Source: Alphaproteobacteria bacterium
GTDB taxonomy: Bacteria > Pseudomonadota > Alphaproteobacteria > GCA-2731375
DNA: 64,000 nucleotides
Assembly (NCBI GenBank): GCA_965225945.1
Contig: CBDDBZ010000032.1
Coordinates: 96,001 to 160,000 of the forward strand
Direction: 5' to 3'
Shown: positions 10,711 through 19,721 of the stretch, piece after piece
Layout of the letters: each line of letters opens with the position of its first letter
Position numbering within the stretch: the stretch's first letter is position 1
Position numbers and translations under genes: made by a program
Notes under the pieces: model-generated
Told to the model about the DNA's origin: nothing
The model's input: only the letters and a program-made list of their open reading frames with translations
Database searches by the model: none

Positions 10711-11694
10711 TCAAAGCCTTAGCGGTATTTCTGATACATGAACGCGCCGTCCAGGGTCGTCGACACCCGCCTCGCCGAGTAATGTTTCGAAAGCCTCGCG
10801 AATGGCAATCGGGTACTCGGTCGGTCCGATGATGATGCGCTCAATGAGTTCTGGAATCGCTACTCCGACCAGTCCTTCTTCGGGAATGTTTCGAAGCGGA
10901 ATCTTGTACACGGGTTGTGGCGTACTTCCGATGACCTCAATGTCCATGCTAAGATGCTCCGATTTCCCCATCTTTGGTACGTAAATGGCGCGCCACTCTT
11001 TCTCTTCGTTAAAACCTGGATGCTTTGTACAGAGTGTTCCAAACATGAAGGACCGGAATAGAAAGTTAATTATTGTCTCTTGGCCTTGAGCTCTGACAAA
11101 GTCAAAATTGTCTTTGAGCGCCTCTGTTACTTTTCCGAGCTCCGTCCCAAAACCCCCCTTGTCAAGGTATGAAACTGGACTGGAATACGCCTTGAGTGCA
11201 TCGGATCGAGTCAGGAATACCGTGTTGTTGAAAACAAAGGCTACACCCGTCGAGCCGCTGAATGCCCTCCACATCGAGAGACGACCGAAGCTATCCTCCG
11301 AATCAAGGTGTTCAGAAAAACACGTGATGTAGGTGTCAGAACATAGATATGGCTCCCAACCATTAAACAGATCTTCGATTTCCTTTGCGACGCCATTGAA
11401 CATCCTATTCAGCTCTGTCTTCAGTTGACCGCCAATTTCTCCATTGTAAGCCGCCTTCAAGCACTCAAGCCCATGCTGCACCTCCGTAAAATCTCTCATG
11501 CAGGATGTTTTTCGCATCCAAACGGTCTTGGATTTCAGTATTTTCATCGCTGCATCGGCACGCGTGTAGTGCACAAAGCGAATGTTCTCGTCCCGCACCG
11601 CGCATTGTCTCGCGAATGCATAGGGGAAAAAGATCTCCATGAGTTTGATTTGTTCAGGCGTTAAATCCATGTCCGTTATCTCCATAAATATCAT
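10711..11694 (-). CDS. DUF2971-domain protein
   Basis: HYT, CFSE..D...LSMWRAFS, KHPGFNEEKEWR, IIIGP; AT-rich compared with the window. Confidence 0.75.
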   Translation of the reverse strand: MIFMEITDMDLTPEQIKLMEIFFPYAFARQCAVRDENIRFVHYTRADAAMKILKSKTVWMRKTSCMRDFTEVQHGLECLKAAYNGEIGGQLKTELNRMFNGVAKEIEDLFNGWEPYLCSDTYITCFSEHLDSEDSFGRLSMWRAFSGSTGVAFVFNNTVFLTRSDALKAYSSPVSYLDKGGFGTELGKVTEALKDNFDFVRAQGQETIINFLFRSFMFGTLCTKHPGFNEEKEWRAIYVPKMGKSEHLSMDIEVIGSTPQPVYKIPLRNIPEEGLVGVAIPELIERIIIGPTEYPIAIREAFETLLGEAGVDDPGRRVHVSEIPLRL

Positions 11695-11766
11695 TTCTGA
11701 ATCGGGAGCAGATTATTGGGGACATTAGCACACGCGACAATTGCCCGATACCCTAGAAACACAAAC

Positions 11767-12030
11767 TCACCCCACCGCCCCACGCCCACCCGGCAGATGC
11801 CTGTAGAGCGTGCTCGGCGACACCTTCAGCCGCTCCGCCACCTCCGCCACGGAAATGCCGTTCACCCTCAGCATGGCCCTCGCCGCCGTAATGTCCGCCT
11901 CGTTCATCGCCGGTGGCCGTCCACCTGCCCGCCCGCCTTCGCCGCTTCGAGCCCGGCCATGGTCCGCTCGCAGATGATGCCCCGCTCGAACTCGGCCAGG
12001 GCGGCGAACAGGTGGAAGACGAAACTCGCG
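11767..12030 (-). pseudogene. Serine recombinase (resolvase/invertase) C-terminal fragment, frameshifted
   Basis: FHLFAALAEFERGIICERTMAGL in one frame; GGRP..EVAERLKVSPSTLYRHL HTH in another. Confidence 0.8.
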
Positions 12031-12256
12031 GCCGAGTCCGACGAAGCTCGCCTCACTCGCATCCGTTGCCAGCCTGAATTGGCGCCGGTCGGGGCCAAAT
12101 TGGAAATCATTTCCGTTCTGCCAAATCCGCAATTATTGCGGATATCGGCCAAATTGGCCGTTTCGCCGCCGCACCTCGCGCGGGGGCGGGACGGCACCGT
12201 CCCGAAGCACCGAGGCGCCCCTCGCGGGCGAAGGCGTAACCAGAGTGCCCGAAACG

Positions 12257-13048
12257 CTACGCGCCGGGGCGAAGCTGGCCGGCGAATTGCGCGGTCACGC
12301 CGCCGTCCACCGTGAGGACCGAGCCGGTCATATAGGAAGACGCGTCAGAGGCCAGAAACAGCGCCACCCGCGCCACCTCATCCGCCTCGCCGAGACGGCC
12401 AAGCGGGCGCAGCAGGGTCATCTTCGCCCGCGTTGCTTCGGGATCGCCGCTACGGGCGATCCCCTGTTCGTACATCGGCGTCACCGTGGCGCCGGGGCAG
12501 ATGCAATTCACCCGGACGCCTTGCGCGGCGAAGTCGAGCGCCAAGTTCTTGGTCAGCAGCACGACGCCACCCTTCGACGCGTTATACGCGGCGCCATCCC
12601 GCAGCCCGTCCAGCCCGGCGACGGAGGCGATGTTCACGACCGCCGCGCCCGGCCGGCCGGCCGGCGATGTGTGGCAAGGCATATTTCGAACAGAGATAGA
12701 CACCCTTCAGATTGACCCCGATAACCCGATCCCAATCGGCCTCGTCGGTCGACACGACCGACCCCGTCCTGTGGATTCCGGCATTGTTGACCAGGATGTC
12801 GATCCCCCCGAAAGCCTCGAGGGCGGTTTCAACCATGGCCTGCACACTGTTGGCACCGGCCACATCGCAGGGAACGAAGCGGGCCTCGCCACCGGATTCG
12901 ACAATGTCCCGAACCGCCGTTTCGCCGGCGCGTCGATATCGGCGAGTGTTACCCGCGCACCTTCCGCTGCGAAAAGACCGGCGATAGCGCGTCCCAACCC
13001 CACGGCGCCACCGGTGACAATAGCCCTCCGCCCCATGAGGCTCGTCAT
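12257..13048 (-). pseudogene. SDR pseudogene (two frameshifts)
   Basis: TGGAVGLG, ILVNNAG and YNASKGG lie in three different frames. Confidence 0.8.
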
Positions 13049-13368
13049 GAATTGCTCCTTTTCGGCCAAAAATCCCGCAATCCGCCACTCGGACCACGGC
13101 CTGAAAATAGCCGCGATATCGTCAAACCAATAGGTCATCTGGGCAACGTGGGCCGAAGTACGCTTGGAATTCGCACCCTTGTTGATACTCCCACCGTCCG
13201 CTCACCAAGCTCGACGACGCCACCTTTGAGGAAGCCATCACCTCCGCCGCCATCCACGCCGGGATGGAACGGGCGGACGTCACGCCGCGGTTGTCAAATC
13301 GCCGATGAGTGGGAAGCGGACAAAAAACGGAGCCGGGATGAGGTTCTGGCGAACATGAGGAGAATAAC

Positions 13369-14423
13369 GTGAAGCGGAACAAGAACGACGCGGGGGACGC
13401 CGAGGCGATCTGCGAGGCGGTGACACGGCCATCGATGCGGGTGGTGGGGACCAAGAGCTAGGAGCAGCAGAGTGTCCTGATGCTGCACAAGACGCGGCAT
13501 CTGCTTGTTCGCCAGCGGACCATGCTGAGCAATGCGATCCGGGCGCACCTGGCCGAGTTCGGGATCATTGCGCCGGAGGGCCGCCAAGGGGTGGCGACGC
13601 TCTTGGAGGTTCTGGAGAGCGAAGACGATTACCAGATCCCCGCCTTCGCGCAGTTTTCCTTGACCGCTCTGGCCGGGCAGTATCGAGCCTTGCTGGCCGA
13701 GATCAAACTGTTGGAGCGAAGCCTGCACGCCTGGCATCGAAAGAGTGATGTCAGCCGTCGTCTGGCGGAGATCCCGGGTGTCGGCCCGCTCGTCGCCAGC
13801 GCGCTGACGGCGAGCGTCGCGGATCCGGGCATCTTCTCCTCGGGACGCGGCATGGCGGCGTGGATCGGGCTCGTACCGAAGGAGGACTCGACCGGCGGCA
13901 AGCACCGGCTCGGGCCGATCTCCAAACAGGGCAACCGCTACCTTCGATGGCTGCTGGTCACCGGAGCCATGGCGGTGATCCGTCAGGGGATCCGGACCGG
14001 CTTCAGGCGACGGCCTTGGTTGGCGAAATTGGTCGCCAATCGGCCACTCGAGCTGGCGGCTGTGGCACTGGCGAACCGGATCGCGCGGATCGCCTGGGTG
14101 ATCATGTCACGTGGAGAGCGCTACCGGGATCCGGTCGCGCAGGCCGCATAGGAATTCGGGCCCGGCGAAGGCCGGCGCGATAGAACTTGGGAAGGGCAAT
14201 CGACGTCATGCAGCAACGGTCGTGCCGGGGATCGGGAGAGCCCGCTTGGGTCACCGCATCAAATGAATGCGCAATTTTGATCAGGGATCCGATCCGCGGA
14301 ACGCATGAAGGCCAGCGGCCAGAACCGACGTGCCGCACAAACAGGCCGTACAGATGACCGCACCCGACCAGCCCTGCATCGACACCGAGAAAACCCTTGC
14401 CAAGAAGGCGCCGTCCACAGATG
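13369..14423 (+). mobile_element. IS110 family (IS1111-like) element, 5'-truncated, in-frame TAG at 13459
   Basis: KNDAGDAEAIC, EIPGVG, GLVP..DSTGGK, SKQGNRYLR, ALANRIAR; ~270-bp 3' non-coding tail ending GCCGTCCACAGATG. Confidence 0.85.
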
Positions 14424-14531
14424 ACCCACAGCGACGCTTGCGTTGCCGAGGGAGGTGGAATACTGGTCGCTAACCACGCTACGGGAAAAGCTGGTGAAGA
14501 TTGGAGCCAAGGTCGTCCGCCATGGCCGCTA

Positions 14532-15710
14532 GTGTCCTGATCGATAAATTGATATGATTATATCTCTATTTGTTTTCAGGAGGCGCGATTGATGGCGAGA
14601 GTGGCGGTGACGATCTCTTTGAGCGATGACGAGCGCGCCGAATTGGAGGCGCTGTCTCGTCGTCGCAAGACGTCGCAGGGGCTTGCGCGGCGGGCTCGGA
14701 TCGTCTTGGCGGCGGCGGAAGGGTTGGAGAACAAGGAGATCGCCGTTCGTCTCGAGGCGAGCGCGGACACCGTGGGCAAGTGGCGTCGCCGCTATGCGGC
14801 GGAGGGCCTCGACGGTCTGTACGACGAACCCCGCCCCGGCGCGCCGCGTCAAATCGGCGATGACGCCATCGCGGAAGCGGTCCGGCTGACGCTGGAAGAG
14901 ACGCCGCCGGACGCGACCCATTGGAGCCTTCGCTCGATGGCGCGGGCGAGCGGCCACGCGCCCTCGACCATTCATCGCATCTGGCGGGCCTTCGGCTTGC
15001 AGCCGCATCGCTCGGAGACCTTCAAGCTGTCGAGCGATCCCTTCTTCGTGGAGAAGGTCCGCGACATCGTCGGTCTGTATTTGGCGCCGCCGGATCGTGC
15101 CCTGGTTCTCTGTGTCGACGAAAAGAGCCAGATCCAGGCCTTGGACCGTTCCCAGCCCCTCTTGCCGATGCGCCCCGGGCAGGCGGAGCGGCGCAGCCAC
15201 GACTACAAGCGCCACGGCACGACCTCTCTCTTCGCGGCCCTCGACATCGCCACGGGAGAGATCATCGGCAAATGTTTCCCGCGCCATCGGGCCCGAGAGT
15301 TCCGCAAATTCCTCGACCTCGTCGAGGCGAACGTCCCTGGTGATCTCGACATCCACATCGTCATGGACAACTACGGGACCCACAAGACCAAGGCGATCCG
15401 CGACTGGTTCGCCAAACGGCCGCGCTGGCAGGCCCATTTCACACCCACCAGCGCCTCCTGGCTGAACCAGGTCGAGCGCTGGTTCGGGCTGCTGACCGAC
15501 AAGCAGATCAGGCGCGGCGTCCATCGCTCCACCAAGGAGTTGGAGCGCACCATCCTCGACTACATCGACACGACAAACCAGAACCCCAAACCCTTCAAAT
15601 GGACCAAATCCGCCGATGACATCCTCGGCGCCATCCAGCGCTTCTGCCTCCGAACAATCGAAATCGCTGAACAGCAGGCGAAAATCATGCGAACTTCGGA
15701 ATCGGGACAC
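14532..15710 (+). mobile_element. IS630-family element with TA target duplication
   Basis: TA|GTGTCCTGAT...ATCGGGACAC|TA; terminal repeats 9/10. Confidence 0.92.
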
Positions 15711-15713
15711 TAG
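14589..15713 (+). CDS. IS630 transposase (intact)
   Basis: [29 protein letters not shown]. Confidence 0.95.
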   Translation: MMARVAVTISLSDDERAELEALSRRRKTSQGLARRARIVLAAAEGLENKEIAVRLEASADTVGKWRRRYAAEGLDGLYDEPRPGAPRQIGDDAIAEAVRLTLEETPPDATHWSLRSMARASGHAPSTIHRIWRAFGLQPHRSETFKLSSDPFFVEKVRDIVGLYLAPPDRALVLCVDEKSQIQALDRSQPLLPMRPGQAERRSHDYKRHGTTSLFAALDIATGEIIGKCFPRHRAREFRKFLDLVEANVPGDLDIHIVMDNYGTHKTKAIRDWFAKRPRWQAHFTPTSASWLNQVERWFGLLTDKQIRRGVHRSTKELERTILDYIDTTNQNPKPFKWTKSADDILGAIQRFCLRTIEIAEQQAKIMRTSESGH

Positions 15714-15833
15714 GTTACTTTCCAATTGAATTGCCATGGATTTGGAGGTCATCTGGCGAATGTCGGATAGTAGGCCCTAGAATGCTCGTGCTCACCAGAC
15801 GGACCACCACGAACCGAGAGGGGAGGGGAGGCG

Positions 15834-16694
15834 ATGGCCAAGAAGCTGATCAAAGCGCAGATCAACGACATCAATCTCCAGTATCTGCCGCGTCTCACGG
15901 TGAAAAACGCGGACGAGTACCTGCAGAAATCGGCCGAGCGCAGCGCCCGGGTGCGCAAGAAACTCGCCTGCCGGATCGACGTGCCGTACGGGGACACGCC
16001 GGGGCAGATGCTCGATATCTTTCCCGCCGCGCGCAAGGGCGCACCGGTGCACGTGTTCATTCACGGTGGCTACTGGCGCGCGCTCGACAAGGACATCTAC
16101 AGCCACCTCGCCGGGCCGATGGTCGCGGCCGGCGCTACCGTGGTGTTGCCCAATTACGATCTCTGCCCGAAGGTGCGCATCACCGACATCGTCCACCAGA
16201 TGCGGCGCGCGATCGCCTGGGTCTACAAGAACATCGCCAAGCACAACGGCGATCCCAAAAGGATCTACGTATCCGGCCACTCGGCCGGCGGCCACCTCAC
16301 CGGGATGATGATCGCGACCGACTGGTCGAAGGAGGGTCGCCTGCCGAATGACCTGATCAAGGGAACCGCGCCTTTGAGCGGGCTGTTTGACATCGAGCCG
16401 CATCGCCACTCGCAACTGCAGCCGGACATCCGACTGACGGCCAAAGAAGCCAAAGCCATGAGTCCGATGTACCTGCCTCCCTTCGCAAAAGGGCCCTCGA
16501 TCGTCGCCGTGGGCGGCGCCGAGCCCGACCTGTTCCACTGGCAGTCACTCGAATACGCGGCCCGTCTCAGATTGCACCGGATCAAGGCGGAGTACGTATC
16601 GACGCCAGGCGACAATCATTTCGCCATCGCAGACCGCCTCGGCGACGCCCGGGATCCGTTGACCAAGGCATTGATCGCGCAAATGGGCCTGTAA
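15834..16694 (+). CDS. Alpha/beta hydrolase (arylformamidase/kynurenine formamidase-like)
   Basis: FIHGGYW, GHSAGG, NHF; GGAGG RBS. Confidence 0.85.
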   Translation: MAKKLIKAQINDINLQYLPRLTVKNADEYLQKSAERSARVRKKLACRIDVPYGDTPGQMLDIFPAARKGAPVHVFIHGGYWRALDKDIYSHLAGPMVAAGATVVLPNYDLCPKVRITDIVHQMRRAIAWVYKNIAKHNGDPKRIYVSGHSAGGHLTGMMIATDWSKEGRLPNDLIKGTAPLSGLFDIEPHRHSQLQPDIRLTAKEAKAMSPMYLPPFAKGPSIVAVGGAEPDLFHWQSLEYAARLRLHRIKAEYVSTPGDNHFAIADRLGDARDPLTKALIAQMGL

Positions 16695-16908
16695 TCGGAT
16701 CATCCGCAAATCGGCGGCCGAGCGACCGCGCACAGCATCGTCCGCGACCGGCGAGTTCTGCTTCGGTGAAGGGCGCCTGAAAGTCGTTCGAGCGGAAGCC
16801 GATGCCTCGGGCTCCCTCGGCCGAGGCGTGGGCGGAGACCTCCCCCTTGCCGCTCGGTGAGCTGGGGAGGCGCGATTTGACGCATCGTCGAATACGCCCC
16901 ATTCTATA

Positions 16909-16933
16909 TTCCGATAATGGATGGGTATCGGAA
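16909..16933. promoter_or_regulatory. Palindromic putative recombinase-binding/crossover site
   Basis: TTCCGATA-9 nt-TATCGGAA, 20 bp upstream of the recombinase ATG. Confidence 0.55.
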
Positions 16934-16953
16934 GCCAGAAGGGGCGCGCGGCA

Positions 16954-17909
16954 ATGCGCGAGTTGGTCGAGACACGGCGAGCGGGTCGGATTGCCACCTT
17001 GGCCGAGACGACGGAGCGGGCACGGGCCTACTTCGACGCCAGCCAGGCGCGGAATACGCGTCGAGCCTATGCGAGCGGGCTTCGGCACTTTCAGGCTTGG
17101 TGCGAGGGGCGGGGGCTGGAAGCTCTGCCGGCGGCGCCGCAGACGGTCGCGCTCTACTTCGCCGATCATGCCGGGACGCTCAAGGTCTCGACGCTGCAAC
17201 AGCGTCTCTCGGCCATCGCCGGGGTGCACAAGCTCAAGGGCCTCGACAGCCCGACCCGGCACGCGGCGGTGACGACGGTCTGGAGCGGCATCAAGCGGAC
17301 GCATGGCACGGCGCAGCAGGGCAAGGCCCCGGTCCTGGGCACTGACCTCCGCGCCATGCTCGCGGCCCTGCCCGGCAGTCTCACCGGTATTCGCGATCGG
17401 GCCTTGCTGCTGGTCGGCTTCGGCGGAGCTTTCCGACGCTCAGAGCTGGTCGCGCTGGACTGGTCGGACATCGAGGAAACGGCCGAGGGCCTGGTCGTCA
17501 CCCTGAAGCGGTCCAAGACCGACCAGGAGGGCGAGGGCGCCAAAGTCGGCATCCCCGAGGGCGAACGTCCGATACCTGCCCCGACGCGGCGCTCCGTGCC
17601 TGGAAAGAGGCATCAGGCGGCGAGGGTCCTGTGTTCCGAAGCCTCACCCGGCATGGTCGGATTGGCGGGCGATTGTCGGACAAGGGTGTTGCCATCGTGG
17701 TGAAGCGTGCCGCCGCATCGGCCCGCCTCGATCCGTCCCGGTTCTCTGGGCATTCGCTACGAGCTGGGCTGGCGACATCGGCGGCGGCAGCGGGAGCCTC
17801 TGAGCGCGCGATCGGCAATCAGACCCGTCACAAGAGTCTCAAGGTGCTCCGAGGTTACATTCGCGAGGGCAGCCTGTTCCGGGAGAATGCCGCAGCGACC
17901 GTGCTCTGA
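16954..17909 (+). pseudogene. Cre-like tyrosine recombinase, frameshifted near 17560-17600
   Basis: NTRRAY, RDRALLLVGFGGAFRRSEL, RSKTDQ, then in a second frame GHSLRAG..TRHKS..GYIR. Confidence 0.85.
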
Positions 17910-18040
17910 GTCAGCGCTACAGTCGCCTACTGAGCCAGTTGCTATGGCCTGTTGTTGCAAAGAACCACCCTGCGAGCCCAAGATACCTTGCTCGGAGTAG
18001 TTGGCCGTTAAATTCCCGAATTTCGGCGGCATCGTTGGTG

Positions 18041-18255
18041 TAATCGTCGTGAGGCACGGTTCGAGTTTGCAAGAAATCGCCTGAGGCAAGGTGGATTTCT
18101 TGCAATTTCGTGTGATTTTATGTTCTATTTTTCGCTGATTCATGTTATAGTCAAGCTCGTGATTATGAGGGCTCCCATGCGACCGAAGCAGTCTCCCAAG
18201 GCCGATCACGACGACCTCTTCCGTTCGCGCCTCGACCACATCATCAACATGCGCC
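18041..18255 (+). mobile_element. IS5-family left end and transposase start, cut by IS copy 2
   Basis: ATG 18177 reads MRPKQSPKADHDDLFRSRLDHIINMR and stops exactly at the TGT of the next IS. Confidence 0.7.
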
Positions 18256-19579
18256 TGTAGCTCGTCAAAACCCCATCTGCCGCAGAAATCATAGCGTTTC
18301 CGGCCACTGCCGACTACCGTCGTCGGCATGCAAGCGACCATCATGATTCTCTCCACCACGCTGCGCGAGACCTTCCTCAGCCGCGCGTCGCTACACCTGG
18401 AAAACCTCGCCCTCCGCCAGCAGGTGGCAATCCTGAAGCGGGAACGGCGACGGCCGCGGCTCCAGACGCTGGACCGCTTGTTCTGGGTCATCCTTTCCCG
18501 CCTTTGGCCGCGCTGGCGCGAGGTGCTGGTGATCGTAAGGCCGGAAACCGTCATCGGCTGGCACCGCAGGGGATTTCGTGCATTCTGGACCTGGAAATCC
18601 AGGCGCGGCAAACCAGGACGGCCTCCGGTGCCCAAGGATGTCCGCGAACTCATCCGTCGAATGTGTCGGGAGAACCCCTTGTGGGGCGCTCCTCGCATCC
18701 ACGGCGAACTCATGAAGCTGGGAATCGAGGCATCGGGGGCGACGGTATCGAGGTACATGGCGCGGCATCGGAAGCCACCGTCGCAGACGTGGCGGACGTT
18801 CCTCGACAACCACGTCGGCTGCCTCGTCTCGGCCGATTTCTCTGTGGTGCCGACGGCCACGTTCGCCGTTCTGTTCGTCTTCATCGTGCTGCGCCACGAA
18901 CGGCGGCGCATCGAGCACGTCGGTGTTACAGCACACCCGACCACGGCGTGGGTGGCGCAGCAGATCCGCGAGGTCTTTCCGTGGGACACGGCACCACGGT
19001 ATCTCATTCGTGATCGGGACGGGGCGTACGGTCAGGAGTTTCGGGAGCGGTTGAAGGCGATGGGCATCGAGGAGGTTGTGACGGCGCCGCGAAGCTCATG
19101 GCAAAATCCGTTCGTCGAAAGGGCAATCGGCTCGATCAGGCGAGATTGTCTGGACCACGTCATTGTTCTCAACGAGCGCCATCTCCGACAGATTCTTTGT
19201 TCCTACCTCGCCTACTACCACGGGTCTCGCACGCACTTGGCGCTCGGGAAGGATACGCCCGACGGACGGCCCGTCCAGTCGGCCGACGGCGGAAAGGTGG
19301 TTGCGTTTCCTCGAGTTGGAGGACTTCATCACCGGTACGAGCGCCTCGCGGCCTAAGGACCGACAACGGCATTTGCCCCAGGAGGTGCTGCTAGAAGCGA
19401 GCGGCCCGTCTCCGCTGCGCCGACACCGTTGAGAAAAAGAACAAAGCTCCAGCATTCCGCGTGCATATCGGCCGATGCGACCATTGCAATCTTTCCGCCG
19501 GGTCCAACGGCCGACACCGTCGCCCGGGTCGTTCGTCTCGGATCCGGCCGCGCCGCGGAATAGGTTTTGAGGAACGGCT
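18256..19579 (+). mobile_element. IS copy 2 (integrase-core/IS481-like); right end degenerate (GCT instead of ACA)
   Basis: Inverted near-identical copy of 183-1508. Confidence 0.8.
18328..19356 (+). CDS. Integrase-core (rve) transposase
   Basis: 342 aa, differs from 408-1436 at only a few residues. Confidence 0.9.
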   Translation: MQATIMILSTTLRETFLSRASLHLENLALRQQVAILKRERRRPRLQTLDRLFWVILSRLWPRWREVLVIVRPETVIGWHRRGFRAFWTWKSRRGKPGRPPVPKDVRELIRRMCRENPLWGAPRIHGELMKLGIEASGATVSRYMARHRKPPSQTWRTFLDNHVGCLVSADFSVVPTATFAVLFVFIVLRHERRRIEHVGVTAHPTTAWVAQQIREVFPWDTAPRYLIRDRDGAYGQEFRERLKAMGIEEVVTAPRSSWQNPFVERAIGSIRRDCLDHVIVLNERHLRQILCSYLAYYHGSRTHLALGKDTPDGRPVQSADGGKVVAFPRVGGLHHRYERLAA

Positions 19580-19721
19580 CCGATTGCGCCTGCCACGAGG
19601 CCGGGCCGGACAAGTTGCGCCAACCGTTGCCCTTGACTTGGCCCGGTTGCGCCGCCACAGATTCGGCGACAGTCCGGGGCGGCAGAGGGAATCGAACGTC
19701 GCCCGGCGTGGAGCGTATCGC

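Larger units (their letters stand above)
14434..15766 (+). mobile_element. IS1380 3' remnant interrupted by IS630
   Basis: TLALPREVEYWSLTTLREKLVKIGAKVVRHGR | IS630 | VTFQL, then end motif GGTCATCTGGCGAATGTCGG. Confidence 0.7.
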
